64,000 nt of DNA. Source: Octopus vulgaris. Its lineage: Eukaryota. The stretch spans positions 120,280,001 through 120,344,000 of the forward strand of contig OX597819.1 of assembly GCA_951406725.2 (NCBI GenBank), in the 5' to 3' direction. Position numbers and translations under genes: made by a program. The notes beneath the pieces were generated by a model. The model worked only from the letters and a program-made list of their open reading frames with translations. It did not search any database and had not been told where the DNA came from. Within the stretch, counting starts at the first letter, position 1, and the number at the start of each line of letters is the position of its first letter. Of this stretch, positions 39,690 through 53,780 are shown piece by piece.

Positions 39690-39922
39690 CCTAGTGAGAC
39701 TCATGGGCCCGGTTTCCCGGTTTCTATGGCGTGTTTGTTCCTCAGTTGGACAGGACGCCAGTCCATCGAGGCGTTACTCATTTTTGTCAGCTGAGTGAAC
39801 TGGAGCAACGTGAAATGAAGTGTTTTGCTCAAGAACACAACGCGTCGCCCGGTCCAGGAATCGAAACCACAATCTTACGATCATGATGCTGACACCCTAA
39901 CCACTAAGCCACGCGCCTCCAC
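39690..39922 (-). mobile_element. SINE-B-related subfamily (CORE-like body, third tail type)
   Basis: Head GGAGGCGCGTGGCTTAGTGG; body GTTCTTGAGCAAAACACTT...CTCAGCTG; tail GAAACCGGGAAACCGGG. Confidence 0.8.
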
Positions 39923-40317
39923 CATACATTGAAATACTTGAAATTAAATGATGTATTCCTTTTCTGTAGCTTCTATGTGAAATGCAAAAGTAATTTATTA
40001 TCCATCGAGTAACTATACACAGTTGCTGTATGGATAATTGATGATGTTAGTTACAACAAAACACGCATTTATGACTGGAGATAACTAAAATTATCATTTA
40101 TGATCGTGGTCATATATTTGAAATAATACACTATTTATGGATTTCCTATGGAAGATGTATAATGTGAATAGATTAGTTAATCCAGCCTATATTACAGCGT
40201 GTTTAAATGCTGCTCTCACTAATCCACCAATCTATCTTTTCCAAACTTTCTGATTCTTGTATTATTTTGTGTGTGTATGTTGTATACATATTATGTTAAT
40301 GTTACATTATATACCAG

Positions 40318-40972
40318 TGGAAGCACATGGCCTAGTGGTTAGAGCAGCGGACTCAGACCGGACGATGTATGTGTTTATGAGTGAAACATTAAGCTCCACG
40401 CGGCTCCGGCAGAAGGTAATGGTGAACTTCTGCTGACTCCTTCGCCACAACTTTCTCTCACTCATTTCTCCTGCAGCTCACCTGCGACGGACCGGCGTCC
40501 CGTCCAGGTGAGGAAACTATACGCTAAGGAAACCGGGAAACTAGGCATGACTCGAGAAGGAACAAACAACAACAAACTCTAGGCACAAGGCCCGAAATTT
40601 GGTGGGTGGGAGGGTGCTAGTCGATTATATCGACTCCAGTGCGTAACTGGTACTTAATTTATCGACCCCGAAAGGATGAAAGGCAAAGTCGACCTCGGCG
40701 GAATTTGAACTCAGAGCGTAACGGCAGACGAAATACAGCTACGCATGTGTATGTGTGTGTGTATGTTGGTGTGTGTGTGTGTGTTTGTCCCCCCCAACAT
40801 CACTTGAGAACCGATGGTGGTGTGTTTACGTCCCCGTAACTTAGCGGTTCGGCACAAGAGACCGATAGAAAAAGTACTAGGCTTACAAAGAATAAGTCAT
40901 GGAGATGATTTGCTCGATTAAAGGCGATGCTCCAGCATGGCCTCAGTCAAATGACTGAAACAAATAAAAGAG
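40318..40972. mobile_element. Cluster: SINE-B variant (+), SINE-A (-), SINE-C tail (+)
   Basis: Recognisable modules at 40318-40560, 40578-40740 and 40780-40972. Confidence 0.8.
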
Positions 40973-41214
40973 ATTCATGCTTGTCTAAGTGAGATAAAGA
41001 GAAACGAACCCTGTGCGCCTTGCCAAATACTTTATGATAGCAAGCTTCCTAATAAAGCTACGACTGGAAATGAATAAGATGCTTTTAAGAAGGGCACGAA
41101 GAACGAGCCAGCTAGAGAGCCTCAACATGGTGGTTTAACCTGCTTGAAATAACTGTTAAATCTTTCTCAAATCACACGGTCACAGCTGGAACGTCTTTGA
41201 GGATACAGATGCTA

Positions 41215-41428
41215 CAACACCGACTTTCCGGACAGCGATGGTCCGGGACCTCTTATAATCCGCACAAATTTACATTAATGTACACGTAGCTGTATTTCAT
41301 TTGATCATTCATGTAAATTCAATATTTCTTTAATTTAGAGTGCATTGATCAAGGTGACCCATCTCTGATTCGGAAAATCTGTAATACGGAGATGCTTTGG
41401 AACAAAAGGTTTTGGAAAATCGATTTTG
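41215..41428. mobile_element. Degenerate Tigger-like MITE (relative at 56680-56928)
   Basis: TA-CAACA(C/T)CGACTTTCCGG ... GGAAAATCGAT(G/T)TTG termini in both copies. Confidence 0.6.
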
Positions 41429-41685
41429 TGCTTACGTGTCTGCATGATCAGCGTTGACGTGAGAGATCGTGGGGAGGAGCAGTAACAGCAACAGAGACAA
41501 GCAAAGAATATTCTAAATAAGACAAGATGACCTCAAAGAATAAATATTTTAAAGAAATATTATCTACAACACACACTTTACAGCTTCTATTTATCGATTT
41601 TGTGCTCGATTTTTACAAACAAAGCTTAGATACGAAATTATATTTACTAGACAAAGACATTTTTTTAATCGGCTGGATTTATTTA

Positions 41686-42237
41686 TTGGGTTGTCCGGAA
41701 AGTTCGTGCCGATTTATAGTAGCTTACCTTTCGACTTATTTTAGAACATGGTTGAGTCCATAAAATAGGATTTGACTACACCTCTATTTAGAGTACGGTT
41801 TAAGCTATCTTTTCGTGGAAGAAGGTTTATGTTCCTATAACCTGTGTTAATTCTGTAACTCTTTAAAATGGAAGATAAGAAAGTTCATTTTCGGCACTTG
41901 ATGCTTTGGGAACCAGACAAAAATTGCTGCATCTCGGCTGGGATGTGTTACCCCACCCTCCATATTCACCAGATATTGCTCCTTCGGATTTCCACTTATT
42001 CAGGTCTCTGCAGAATAGTCTTAATGGTAAAAATTTCAATTCCTTGGATGACGTAAAAAGATACCTTGATGAATTCTTTGCTATGAAACCACCTCAATTC
42101 TGGGAAGAGGGTATTTTCAAGTTAAAGGAAAGATGGAGACACATTGTGCAACAAAATGGTTCATATTTGGTTGATTAAAAATGTAATTCAAGTATTCTTT
42201 CCTTTAAAAATCGGCACGATCTTTCCGGACAACCCAA
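41686..42237 (+). mobile_element. Internally deleted mariner
   Basis: TIR TTGGGTTGTCCGGAAAGTTCGTGCCGATTT, TA TSD; MEDKKVHFRHLMLWE fused to GWDVLPHPPYSPDIAPSDFHLFRSL. Confidence 0.95.
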
Positions 42238-43332
42238 TACATATTTACTTGGTGTATGAGTACTATAGGGTAGCAGTAAATTTAGGTTAAGCCGACTATA
42301 TGACAAGGGTTCAATTCGCAATTAGCCCATTCCACTTCATCTGTTTCTCCTACCTACGGTGCTGAGCTGGACCAATGGTCACAGAATTCCACAAAGAGTA
42401 TTTTGGTGCGCCGCTGAGTATAGGAATAAATTTAAGAAATTTATAATTCTTTCTACTATAGGTATAAGGTCTAAACTTTTAGGGGAGGAAGCTAGTCGAT
42501 TACATCGACCCCAGTACTAGACTGGTACATTTTTTATCGACACTGAAAGGATAAAAGGTAAAGTCGATCTTGGCAGAAATTGAACTCAGAACATAATGAA
42601 TCGGAAGAAATACCGCAAAGTATTTCATCTAACGTTCTAACGATTCTGCCATTTGGCTATCTTTTTTTTAAGCAAGACTAATACCTCAGATTTCAGATAA
42701 CAAAATCTCAGAAAAATAGCAAAGGATATGCCTACGGGCGTTATTAGACTGTGCAAAACTACAAATATTTCACTAATATGTGGATATTATCCTTGTGTAG
42801 TCGGGCATTGTTGTAAAAAATCTACCATTTCCAACGTTTATTTTTTTTTTTTTTTGCGTTTTCTCAAAATGACATTTCTGACTATGAGTAGCAATCTTGA
42901 GGTCAAGATATCTCCGGGAACAACTAATGTCATAGGCTGAAATTTTGCATATGTATTACTTTGATGCTTGCCTGGATGCTGTTCTAGTGTGACTAGAGAC
43001 ACTTCATTTATTCATCTTCCAGAGACACTTGACTGCTGCATCTGGCTATGAGCGATCCCACAACGAAATCTAGACCAACTTCATCAATGTCTTTGATTCA
43101 GCATCTAGTCTGTACTCCAATCTGTTGGTATTCCAAGTCAGAGCATATTATCTTTGATAGTTTGGTAGAAAAATTGACCTAAAATAAAGGTGTGTTTGCT
43201 TTGTTGGTCATTTTGAATTTACAGTTAGGTCATGAATAGATAAAGTGCAAATTTGAATATTATGCTTTTTTGATAGAACTAACAATGTTCTTGGTGTATA
43301 CCATATTTGGTTTGCCTAGGTTTTATTCCATT

Positions 43333-43754
43333 ATTTCTTTATTGCCCACAAGGGGCTAAACACAGAGGGGACAAACAAGGACAGACAAGGGGATTAATTC
43401 GATTACATCGACCCCAGTGCGTAACTGGTAGTTGTTTAATCGACCCCGAAAGGATGAAAGGCAAAGTCGACCACGGCGGAATTTGAACTCAGAACGTAAC
43501 GGCAGAGTAAATACCTATTTCTATTTCTTTACTACCCACAAGGGGCTAAACACAGAGGGGACAAACAAGGACAGACAAACGGGTTAAGTCGATCATATCG
43601 ACCCCAGTGCGTAACTGGTAGTTAATTTATCGACCCCGAAAGGATGAAAGGCAAAGTCGACCTCGGCGGAATTTGAACTCAGAACGTAGCGGCAGGCGAA
43701 AAACCGCTAGGCATTTCGCCCGGCGTGCTAACGTTTCTGCCAGCTCGCCGCCTT
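43333..43754 (-). mobile_element. SINE-A dimer
   Basis: TSD GG(T/G)TTTTATTCC; one head, two tails. Confidence 0.9.
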
Positions 43755-44363
43755 CTGGGTTTTATTCCCGCCGAGTGAGAGCGTCTTCAATTTGGGAGTG
43801 TTTTCCTACTTCCGAGGTGTTAGTCTTGCCTTAATGGAAGACGGCTACTCGTGCGATTGGATCTATGCATTTCCTTTCACAAGGAAAGACATGTAAACCA
43901 ATTACAACAAAGTAGCATCTAGTTTAAGAAATTCATAAACTTTAAAAACGCCATGTTAATAGTGTGTGAAGTTCTAGAAAATATGTTCTTAATAATTTTG
44001 TTATTCGCAGATATGGTTACTAAACACATTAAACAATACTTCCTAACTTTTGCTTTAATTTATTTCAGTCATAGGACTTCGGCCATGCTGGAGCACCACC
44101 TTGAATAGTTCATAGTCGAACTATTCGCCAAACAGTGCTTATCTTTCTAAAGTCTGGTGCTTACGCTGCTTAATCAATAGAATCAATAGAATATTGTTTA
44201 ATTCATTGATTTAAAATCGGATATTAGTGAAATTCTAAAGAATTCTAATTGAATTTGTTATTCTTTTTATGAAATAGTGTAGTTTTCTTTTATTTTGTCA
44301 TTAATAAAGGAAAGTGAAAAGACGCGTATTCACTCATACATACAAACATGTATATATATACAT

Positions 44364-44428
<65 letters not shown>

Positions 44429-44621
44429 CTTTCTGTAAACTCGGTGTACGAAATTGAAATAGCATTAAATTACAATAATCATCGGCGTACCATATTTCAT
44501 GCATATATATATATATATATATACCAATTAAGGACTGAACACGAAAAGGGGACAGTCAACATGCTAGATATAGACGTCAAATCGCCATTCTCCACAAAGA
44601 TTATGTTCTCAAATCAAACTC

Positions 44622-44674
<53 letters not shown>

Positions 44675-44675
44675 A

Positions 44676-44719
<44 letters not shown>

Positions 44720-44734
44720 GTATGTATATATATA

Positions 44735-44790
44735 CTAGCAGCTAAGCCCGGTTTCACCCGGTCGGTTTGGATGATGTGGCTGTAAAAACC
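44735..44790 (-). mobile_element. Helitron 3' end
   Basis: ACTAG followed by CCGGTTTCACCCGG hairpin. Confidence 0.55.
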
Positions 44791-46227
44791 TGCTCTGTGT
44801 AAGCATTTAATTTAATACTGTTTCTTTTGTATGCATCGACCTCACTACTTTATACCAACAGACCGATTAGAAGACCTACCTTTGCATCCTATTAATCAGC
44901 GGTTCCCACCTAGGGCGGTGCGCCCCACAAATAAGCTGGGTATCGCTTTTTACTGGGTGACAATACTTTAGCAAGTGTCTGTCTAATATTTCGAAATGTC
45001 ATCATCTGGCTCCTAACTCCTAATCCTTTTCGCCCCTTCCTTTTACCCATCCACTTTCCCTGTTTTCCACACTTATGCTTTTCTCTTGATGAAGGACTAA
45101 GGTTCGAAACTTTAAGACTTTTTCCCATCCTTCCAAGTGTTAAGCTTATATGATATTTGCTAAAACTAGTCCGCCCGGTGTTGTGTTATTACATTTTCCT
45201 TTTGTTCATTGCATTTACAGTATATTTTTATTGCTTTAAATTATTTGTTTTAAGATAGTTTTACGCCATATTTTAATTTTAAACTGTTCTTTATTGAAGA
45301 TAAAGTAATAATCTTTCTTATTGGTGACCACCTAACACTTTAATATGATCATGATTTAACGAGTACTTTCAAATGAAAGTATGAGGCTTAAGGAGTGGGT
45401 GCGGTGTGCACGAAAACAGTAACCAACTACAAAAAGAGGCAGGTTTGTTCAAAAGATTAGGATCTTATGATTTAGAGGGTTACTAAAGTCCATCAGTGAG
45501 GATAAACTTGGATCGATTCTGGACTTCAACGAGGAATATTTAAAGCCCTTTTTTTATTTTGCTGGGGAAGTTTCTTGTCGTACATTGAATAATTTCCAAA
45601 CGAACTTAACCTGGCTTTATTGTAAGTGAGCTTTATCTATTCTGGGTAAATATAAGGAAGATTGTATTAGAGACGCCAGCAATAGAGCCTGTTTAAGATG
45701 ATGTACACAGGGTTAAAAAGGACCGACCGCTAAATGTTTTTTCAATGTCTGCGCATGGCTGATTTGCGGGTTTATGACGAACAGCTGTTATTACGTATGG
45801 GATAGGTCAGATTACCATCCAGATTTGCTGTGAAAATCAAAGCACTGATTCCCCCTTTGGTGTTGCTGGCCAAAGCGAAAGAGACCTTGCATTACCCCAT
45901 CCTCCTTTGTATTAAACTTAGCCCCGAAAGGGCAATCTCCGTTGTTTTTATTCACTTTACATTACCGCTACTAAGGCGGCGAACTGATGGAACCGTTAGC
46001 ACGCAGGACAAAATAGCTAGCAGTATTTCTTCCATTTTAATGTTCTGAGCCTAAATTTCGCTGAGTCGATTATACAAGTACCAGTCAAGACGTAATCCAC
46101 TAACCCTTCCCCAAAAGTTCATGCCTTGCGCCGAATAGTATAAAGGATTATCGTTATTATTATCATAATGATCCAATTAATGCGTCATCGGCATTATATA
46201 CCAGACTATGCTTATAATTATTGAATA

Positions 46228-47077
46228 TTCTTTTCTAGTCTAGGCACAAGGACCGAAATTTTGGAGGAGGGGGCCAGTTGATTAGGTCTACTCCAGTAAG
46301 CAACTGGGGCTTAATTTATAGACCCTGAAAAGATGAAAAGCAAAGTCAACCTCGGCGGAATTTGAACTTAGAATGTAAAGACAGACGAAATATCTCTAAG
46401 CATTTCGGCCGGTGTGCTAACGTTTCTTATTTCTTTATTGCCCACAAGGGGCTAAACGTAGAGGACACAAACAAAAACAGACAAAGGGATTAAGTCGATT
46501 AAATCGACCCCAGTGCGTAACTGGTAGTTAATTTATTGACCCCGAAAGGATGAAAGGCAAAGTCTACCTCGGCGGAATTTGAACTCAGAACGTAACGGCA
46601 GACGAAATACCGCTAAGCATTTCGTCCGGCGTGCTAACGTTTCTGCCAGCTCGCCGCCTTGGTGATGCTAATAATATTCTTTTCTACTCTAGACACAAGG
46701 CCCGGAAATTTTCTGGGGAAGGGGCCAGTCGATTAGATCGACACCACTATGCAAATGGTGCTTAATTTATCAACCCCTAAAGGATGAAAGACAAAGTCGA
46801 TCTCGACGGATTTTGAACTCGAAACCTAAAGACAGACGAAATACGTATTTCATTACTACCCACGAGGGGCTAAACATAGAGAGGACAAACAAGGACAGAC
46901 AAAGGGATTAAGTCGATTACATCGACACCAGTGCGTAACTGGCACTTAATTTATCGACCCCGAAAGGATGAAAGGCAAAGTCGACCTCGGCGGAATTTGA
47001 ACTCAGAACGTAACGGCGGACGAAATACCTCTAAGCATTATCGCCCGGCGTGCTAACGTTTCTGCCAGCTCGCAGCC
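46228..47077 (-). mobile_element. Two SINE-A hetero-dimers (young unit joined to old-tail unit)
   Basis: 46228-46660 and 46678-47077; old tail CTAG(G/A)CACAAGG, young tail CCCAC(A/G)AGGGGCTAAAC. Confidence 0.85.
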
Positions 47078-47243
47078 ACATAATTATTGGATATTGACAA
47101 AACAATAGTGCTGCAGATTTGGTTAGGGTGCATCTGTTATTAATATATTAATGTATCAGTGGGCTTTTCATATATATTTGTATCTTGAATATTGATTGTA
47201 CACTTACTGTTTATACTTTTTAATGATTTCGTATACGGCCTTT

Positions 47244-47309
<66 letters not shown>

Positions 47310-47429
47310 TCTCTCTCTTGTGTAGAGAAATATCTTTTTATTTATGTCTTACCAAATTTAATTACTATTTTTTTCCTATTTCTTGATATGAAGGAGGGCC
47401 TAGTATCTTTAATCTTTATTGCTTGTTTC

Positions 47430-47525
47430 ATACATATACATACACACACATATATATATATACACACACACACATATATATATATACATATATATATTTA
47501 TATATATATACATATATACATATAT

Positions 47526-47570
<45 letters not shown>

Positions 47571-47869
47571 TATATACATATATACATACATACATATATT
47601 TATACATATAGACATATATCTATATATATATATGTATATATATATATATACACACGCGCGTATATATGTATACATACACACACATTATACATACACACAT
47701 ACTCATACACACACACACATACATATATATCTATATATATGTTTGTATGTATGTGTGTGTATGTATACATACACGCGTTTGTTTGTGGATATATATATAT
47801 ATGTGTGCATACATATATATATATATATATACATATATGTATATATACATACATACATGTGTATATACA

Positions 47870-47922
<53 letters not shown>
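47430..47922. repeat. (TA)/(CA) compound microsatellite
   Basis: Direct reading. Confidence 0.95.
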
Positions 47923-47924
<2 letters not shown>

Positions 47925-48359
47925 TCTTCACCACTACTTCCTGTTTCTATGGAGATTGTGTTGTACTGAAAATCTTTCTATTTTTATTTCTGAAACATTC
48001 ATATTTCGAAAATCTTTTTTCCAACTTCTTTTATGTCAAAAAATTGTCTGAAGAACACAAGATATCTATTACTTGTTTTGTTTTGTTTTGTTTTTATGTT
48101 TTTTGTTTTTTGTTTCTTTGAAGATATTCTGGTAACCATGCTTTCGTGTTTCTATGCACAGTAACGTCCCAGAATCGCTATATCATATTTCCTTGGCGGG
48201 AAACTGTTGCACAATCAACATATTGTTGTTCTTTTTTTGAGTGCACGGTACAACGCGGCTAGTTTTCTTCTTCTTCTTCTTCTTCTTCTTGTTTCACTGC
48301 TTCTCACTGGTTCTTTGCCGCTAAAACTGTTGGCCTGGCACCAATATCTAATACTACTG

Positions 48360-48887
48360 TTATCATCATGACCAACGTCATCATCCTCATTATCGTCATC
48401 CTCATCCACGTCATCATCATCATCAACGTCATCATCATCATCAGCGTCATCATCATCCTCATCATCTTCATCAACGTCATCATCATCATCCTCATCATCA
48501 TCATCAACGCCATCCTCATCATCATCGTCGTCGTCGTCATCATCATCATCCTCATCATCATCATCGACGTCATCAGCGTCATTATCATCATCAACGTCGT
48601 CATCATTATCATCATCGTCGTTGTCCTCGTCGTCATCGTCGTCATCGTCATAATAATAATGATAATAATAATCCTCATCAACGTCATCATCATCATCCTC
48701 ATCATCATCATCAACGTCATCCTCATCCTCATCGTCGTCGTCATCATCACCATGATCATCATCATCATCATCGACGTCATCAGCATCATTATCATCACCA
48801 TCGTCGTCATCATTATCATCATCGTCGTCATCGTCATAATAATAATAATAATAATAATAATCATCATTGTCGTCGTCGTCGTCATCA
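48360..48887. repeat. (ATC/GTC/CTC)n trinucleotide tract with ~190-210-bp higher-order duplication
   Basis: ATCGACGTCATCAGC at ~48562 and ~48770; GTCATCGTCATAATAATAAT at ~48641 and ~48827. Confidence 0.9.
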
Positions 48888-48948
48888 GTTGATATAATGA
48901 ACTAGTCCCACCTCCAATATTTCAGGCCTTATGCCTATAAAAGACAGG

Positions 48949-49019
<71 letters not shown>

Positions 49020-49078
49020 CATACATACATTATGTATGTATATGTTTGTTGTGTGTGTGTATGTTTATACAGATAGAT

Positions 49079-49153
<75 letters not shown>

Positions 49154-49783
49154 CAAAAAGAGAGAGAGAGAAAGAGACGTGTACATATTTTGATGCGTAT
49201 GTATACATGCATATGTGCACGCACGTGTGTGTGTGTGTTTAAGAGTGGGGCATAACGAATCATAATGCAGCAGCTTTTATTCATATTAAGATGTCCAAAA
49301 GCCTCTCTAAGAACTTCCGTTATTTATGTCAACAATGTAAAATAGACACACTCACACAAACACACGCATATTCTTATGTGTGTATATACACTTATATAAG
49401 TATTATGTGTCCTTTTAAGGCATATGTATGCATGTTTGTATAAACTGCCTACGTACGTACTTATACCTACACATGTATGCGTTTATATATGTTTGTGTGT
49501 GTGTGTGTGCGTGTGTTTGTGTGTGTGTGTGAGTGAATTTGTGTATGTGTAAAATGCATTGTAAGGATTAGGGAGAAAGTTCACGAAAATATCTTACCCC
49601 AAGACAAATATTTTATGTAGTAAAGTTCCCCTAAACGTATACGGTGAATAAGCTGCTGGTACAACTGCACTCATCCCCACACACACACACACACACTCTC
49701 ACACACAAAGTAAACAACCTATTTAACGGTATTATATTAATACTAAGTATATTTATATTTATTCAATGCTAGACATACTAAGT

Positions 49784-49832
<49 letters not shown>

Positions 49833-49834
<2 letters not shown>

Positions 49835-52622
49835 GCAGCAGCTGCATCCTCGTTACACGAGAAAAGCCATTGCCAAGAAGACTTATTGAAATGATTCATG
49901 ATTGATGCCATGTGATGCCCTTATATGACCTTTAAGTCCGGCCAAGCTTTTACACATTTTATTACATACTGGACAATTGTGCTGGTTGGCAGGAGAAACA
50001 GGTGCCACCATATGCGCTCTCGTAACATGTCTTTTTAGGCCTCCAACTGAGAGGCAAACCCTACCACATTTTACACACGTTCTGTTTTGAATTTTAATAG
50101 CCAAATCATTGTTTATCATGGGTCGATTTCTATGAGAATTTTGATGATTCACCAGGCCTGCACGACTCAAACACCTCCGCCCACAAAACACACATAAAAA
50201 GTAACAATCTCTCACTTTCCACAGGTTCCCCTCTTCTAATTCTCACATACTTCACTCTCTCCCTCTCAAACTTTGAACAACCATCATGCATCCATCACGG
50301 TCTTGTGCCTCCCTTTCTCAATTATCAGCTGCAATAACTGTCCTTATAAGAGCATTTTAAAAGCAATCCTTAAACCTTAGTTTAGGCTTATGCGCTGGTC
50401 TCCTGCCATCTTCCAGATCACCATACAATAGCTGCTTGGGCAGTCGCTCATCACTCATCCTTACCAAATGTCCCTCCACCTCAAACGTTTTTGCAAAATC
50501 ATTGACTCTATACTTCTACTGCCACTCCTCTCCAGCACCTCCACATTACTAATGGCCATTTTCCAGTTTATCCCCAGAATTTTTCTCAGACAATATTGAT
50601 GAAATCGTTCCAATTATCTTACCCGCCTACGGTAAACAACCCATGCCTAATTTCCATATAGCAAAGATGGGATGACGCATGTATTATATACCTTCACTTT
50701 AATTTGAGAAGATATATTATGTTGTTTCCACAGACGCCAATGAAGCCTACCAAAATCACTACTAGCCTTGCTGATTCTGTATAAAATTTCATCATCAAGA
50801 CCAGCAGTGCTCAAGGTACTTCCTAAATAAATCAATCTGGGTACAGTCTCTAACCTTTGACCATTCACAGTTATAAAAGTTTCCACATACATCTTCGAGG
50901 GAGCGAGTTGGTACATTATAACATTTCTTTTTTCATATTCACCATGTACTGCATATCTTTCTGAGAATGTGCCAACAGGTCGCAATCATCTGCCTACAGA
51001 AACTCAACAAGGTGAGAATACAGAACTTTCGTTTTGGCACAGAGTCTTTTGAAATTGAACAGTTTTCCTGTTGTCCTATATCTTATATAGACCCCTTCAA
51101 GGCAATCTTTAAAACCTATTTGAAAGACTATTGCGAAATCTATAGCAAACAGCGTAGGAACAGGAATATCACCTTGCTGTACACCATTTTCTATAGACAT
51201 TGGATCTCATAAGGTACCTCCAACATTAACTCCATCTTGTCATGAAATTGCCTAAGCATTCTCACGAAGTTTTCAGGGCATCCTAGTTTTTTAGGATCTC
51301 CCAAAGTGCAATTCTATTGATAGAATCAAACGCTTTTGTTAGGTCAATGAAAACCTTGTATAAGTCCATATCCTGTTCGATGTACGTTTCTTGCAACTGT
51401 CTAGCCGAAAATATCATATCCATAGTACTCCTACTATCCCTAAACCCACACTGCGATTCTGGTAGAACCTCATCAGCAATGTGCAGAAGCAAGCTATCCA
51501 GCATTTCCCTACAGCGGACCTTTCCAGCAACAGCTAACAGACATAATTATCACAGACATCCTTTCCACCTGTAGATTTATATAGTATCTCTTTAGTTGCA
51601 TCACGCCAATCCGGAGGAGACTCTTCACTTTGCCAAACTTTCTGAATCACTTCGTCAATATCGCAGAAATATGATCACCACCATATTTATATTTCTATGC
51701 ACCTAGTCCATCCATACCAGGGGCCTTTCCATTGTTCAAATTCCTGATTGCTGCTGTTATTTCAGCCAGGCTTGCATCTTCTGCTATAAGATGTTTTATT
51801 GGTCTCTGGGGTATATTATTAAGAAAAGAGAGATCAACTTCAGTGCGTCTATTGAGCAACTCATCAAAATATTCTTTCCATCTCCCAACAATATATTTAG
51901 GATTTGTTAATAATTCTGTGCCATCCTTGCTCCGAAGCGGCGCAACCTTTGATGAAACTGATCTAAAAACTTCTTTCAAGAGAGAGTAAAAAAGTTGGGA
52001 ATTGCTAGCATTTGAAGCTTCTTGGATTTCATCGCATCTATCACTCCACCAGTTTTCCTTCATCATCTGTAGCTTCCTCTGCACTGCTGCTTTTACAGCC
52101 TTAAAATATGTAGCCACTGTCCTGTTTGTTGACATGTCAGCGTTTTGCAACATGTTAAAAGCATTCCGCTTCTCTTCTAAGATAAGATTAACTTCATCAT
52201 TATCGTCAAACCAATCTTGGTGTTTTTTTACAACAAAGACAAGAATGTTACTACAAATCTCGTACACTCTTTCTTTGAATGACTTCCAGCTTCCATCACA
52301 GGACAAATCATGTATCTCACACACAAACTCACTGCGTACTGACGGAGTCTTAAGTTTATTGACGTCAATCCGTTTAGGTAATTTGTCATTATTTGCTCTA
52401 AAGTATAGGCTTGACAACAAAATTGAACTCGGCATGCGAAAGCCTATGGTCATCCTCTGCATCCCGCATCACTCGTACAATAGCAAAGTCCCTATTATCT
52501 CGTTTCCATGCCGTTTTATACTTATTCGTTAGTCGAAACATTGTATTCATGACACACAAATCCATCTCTACGCACATTTGTAACAGTTGCAAACCATTAC
52601 TGTTGGAAGTTCCAGCCCCAAC
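49833..52622 (-). mobile_element. Decayed RTE-BovB-type LINE (APE remnant, RT, three C-terminal C2H2 fingers)
   Basis: NSNGLQLL, KHQDWFDDND, NGKAPGMDG, LPESQCGFR, FIDLTKAFDS, GVQQG, YLGSTLS; fingers in 49883-50215; (GCT)n tail. Confidence 0.93.
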
Positions 52623-52624
52623 GA

Positions 52625-52752
52625 AAGATAGCTTAAATTGTGCTCTAAATGGAGGTGTAGTCAAATCCTATTTTATAGACTCAACCATGTTCTAAAATAA
52701 TGTCGAAAGGTAAGCTACTATAAATCGGCACGAACTTTCCGGACAAGCCAAT
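52625..52752 (-). mobile_element. Mariner left end (same family as 41686)
   Basis: Reverse complement of 41686-41815; fused to the truncated RTE 5' end. Confidence 0.9.
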
Positions 52753-53065
52753 ACTTTCTAGCAAGCCTGTCTATGTTCCCGTATATTTCAATTACGCACA
52801 AAATTTATGTCTGTGGTTTACTTGACGTTTAAGAGCGCGCAGTAATAGATTTTGATTGAATTTGGATTGGACGTTTTTCTATATTTATGTCCAGGAGGGG
52901 TGGGGGCAAAATTATAAAAGTTGCAGAAATATTGTTTTGCGACCGGGTTTCTGACATTGGTTGAATGTAGAAGAGAGATAACAAGATCTTTCTTTTGTGT
53001 TTTTACGTTTCCTTTAACTAGGCTGCGTATATTTGTGCAATTATTAAAGAGTTATTTTGTTATTC

Positions 53066-53413
53066 TCCATTTGACTGCGGCCATGCTGGAGCACCGCGTT
53101 TAGTCGAGCAAATCGACCTCGGGACTTATTCTTTGTAAGCCCAGTACTTATTCTATCGGTCTCTTTTGCCGAACCGCTAAGTGACGGTTGTCAAGCAATG
53201 CTAGGGGAACAAACACACACATACATATATATATATATACATATATACGACAGGCTTCTTTCAGTTTCCGTTTTCCAAATCCACTCACAAGGCATTGGTC
53301 GGCCCAGGGCTATAGCAGAAGACACTTGCCCAAGATGCCACGAAGTGGGACTGAACCCGGAACCATGTAGTTGGTTAGCAAGCTACTTATCACACAGCCA
53401 CTCCTGCGCGCCT
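53066..53413 (-). mobile_element. SINE-C
   Basis: Head + (TA)(TG) + tail. Confidence 0.85.
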
Positions 53414-53454
53414 ATATATATATATATATATATATATATCTCACACATACATAA

Positions 53455-53780
53455 GGAGCACTCCGTCGGTTGCGACGACGAGGGTCCCAGCTGATACGAT
53501 CAACGGAACAGCTTGCTCGTGAAATTAACGTGTAAGTGGCTGAGCACTCCACAAACACGTGTACCCTTAACGTAGTTCTCAGAGAGATTCAGCGAGACAC
53601 AGAGTGTGACAAGGCTGACCCTTTGAAATACAGGTACTACTCATTTTTGCCAGCTGAGTGAACTGGAGCAACGTGAAATAAAGTGTCTTGCTCAAGGACA
53701 CAACCCGCAGCCGGGAATCGAACTCACGACCTTACGATCATGAGCCGAATGCCCCCTAACCACTAAGCCACGCGCCTTCA
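53455..53780 (-). mobile_element. Chimeric SINE-B (39690-type head/body + 4777-type tail)
   Basis: Switch at ...AAAAATGAGTAG|TACCTGTATTTCAAAGGG. Confidence 0.85.

Noticed and set aside
44525-44610. LDIDVKSPFS resembling a PLE RT motif
   Set aside because: Too short to support.
45475-45626. Possible exon ending at GTAAGT
   Set aside because: Weak acceptor, unrecognised peptide.
48304-48892. Poly-Met/Ile/Asp ORFs
   Set aside because: Trinucleotide tract, no splice or domain support.
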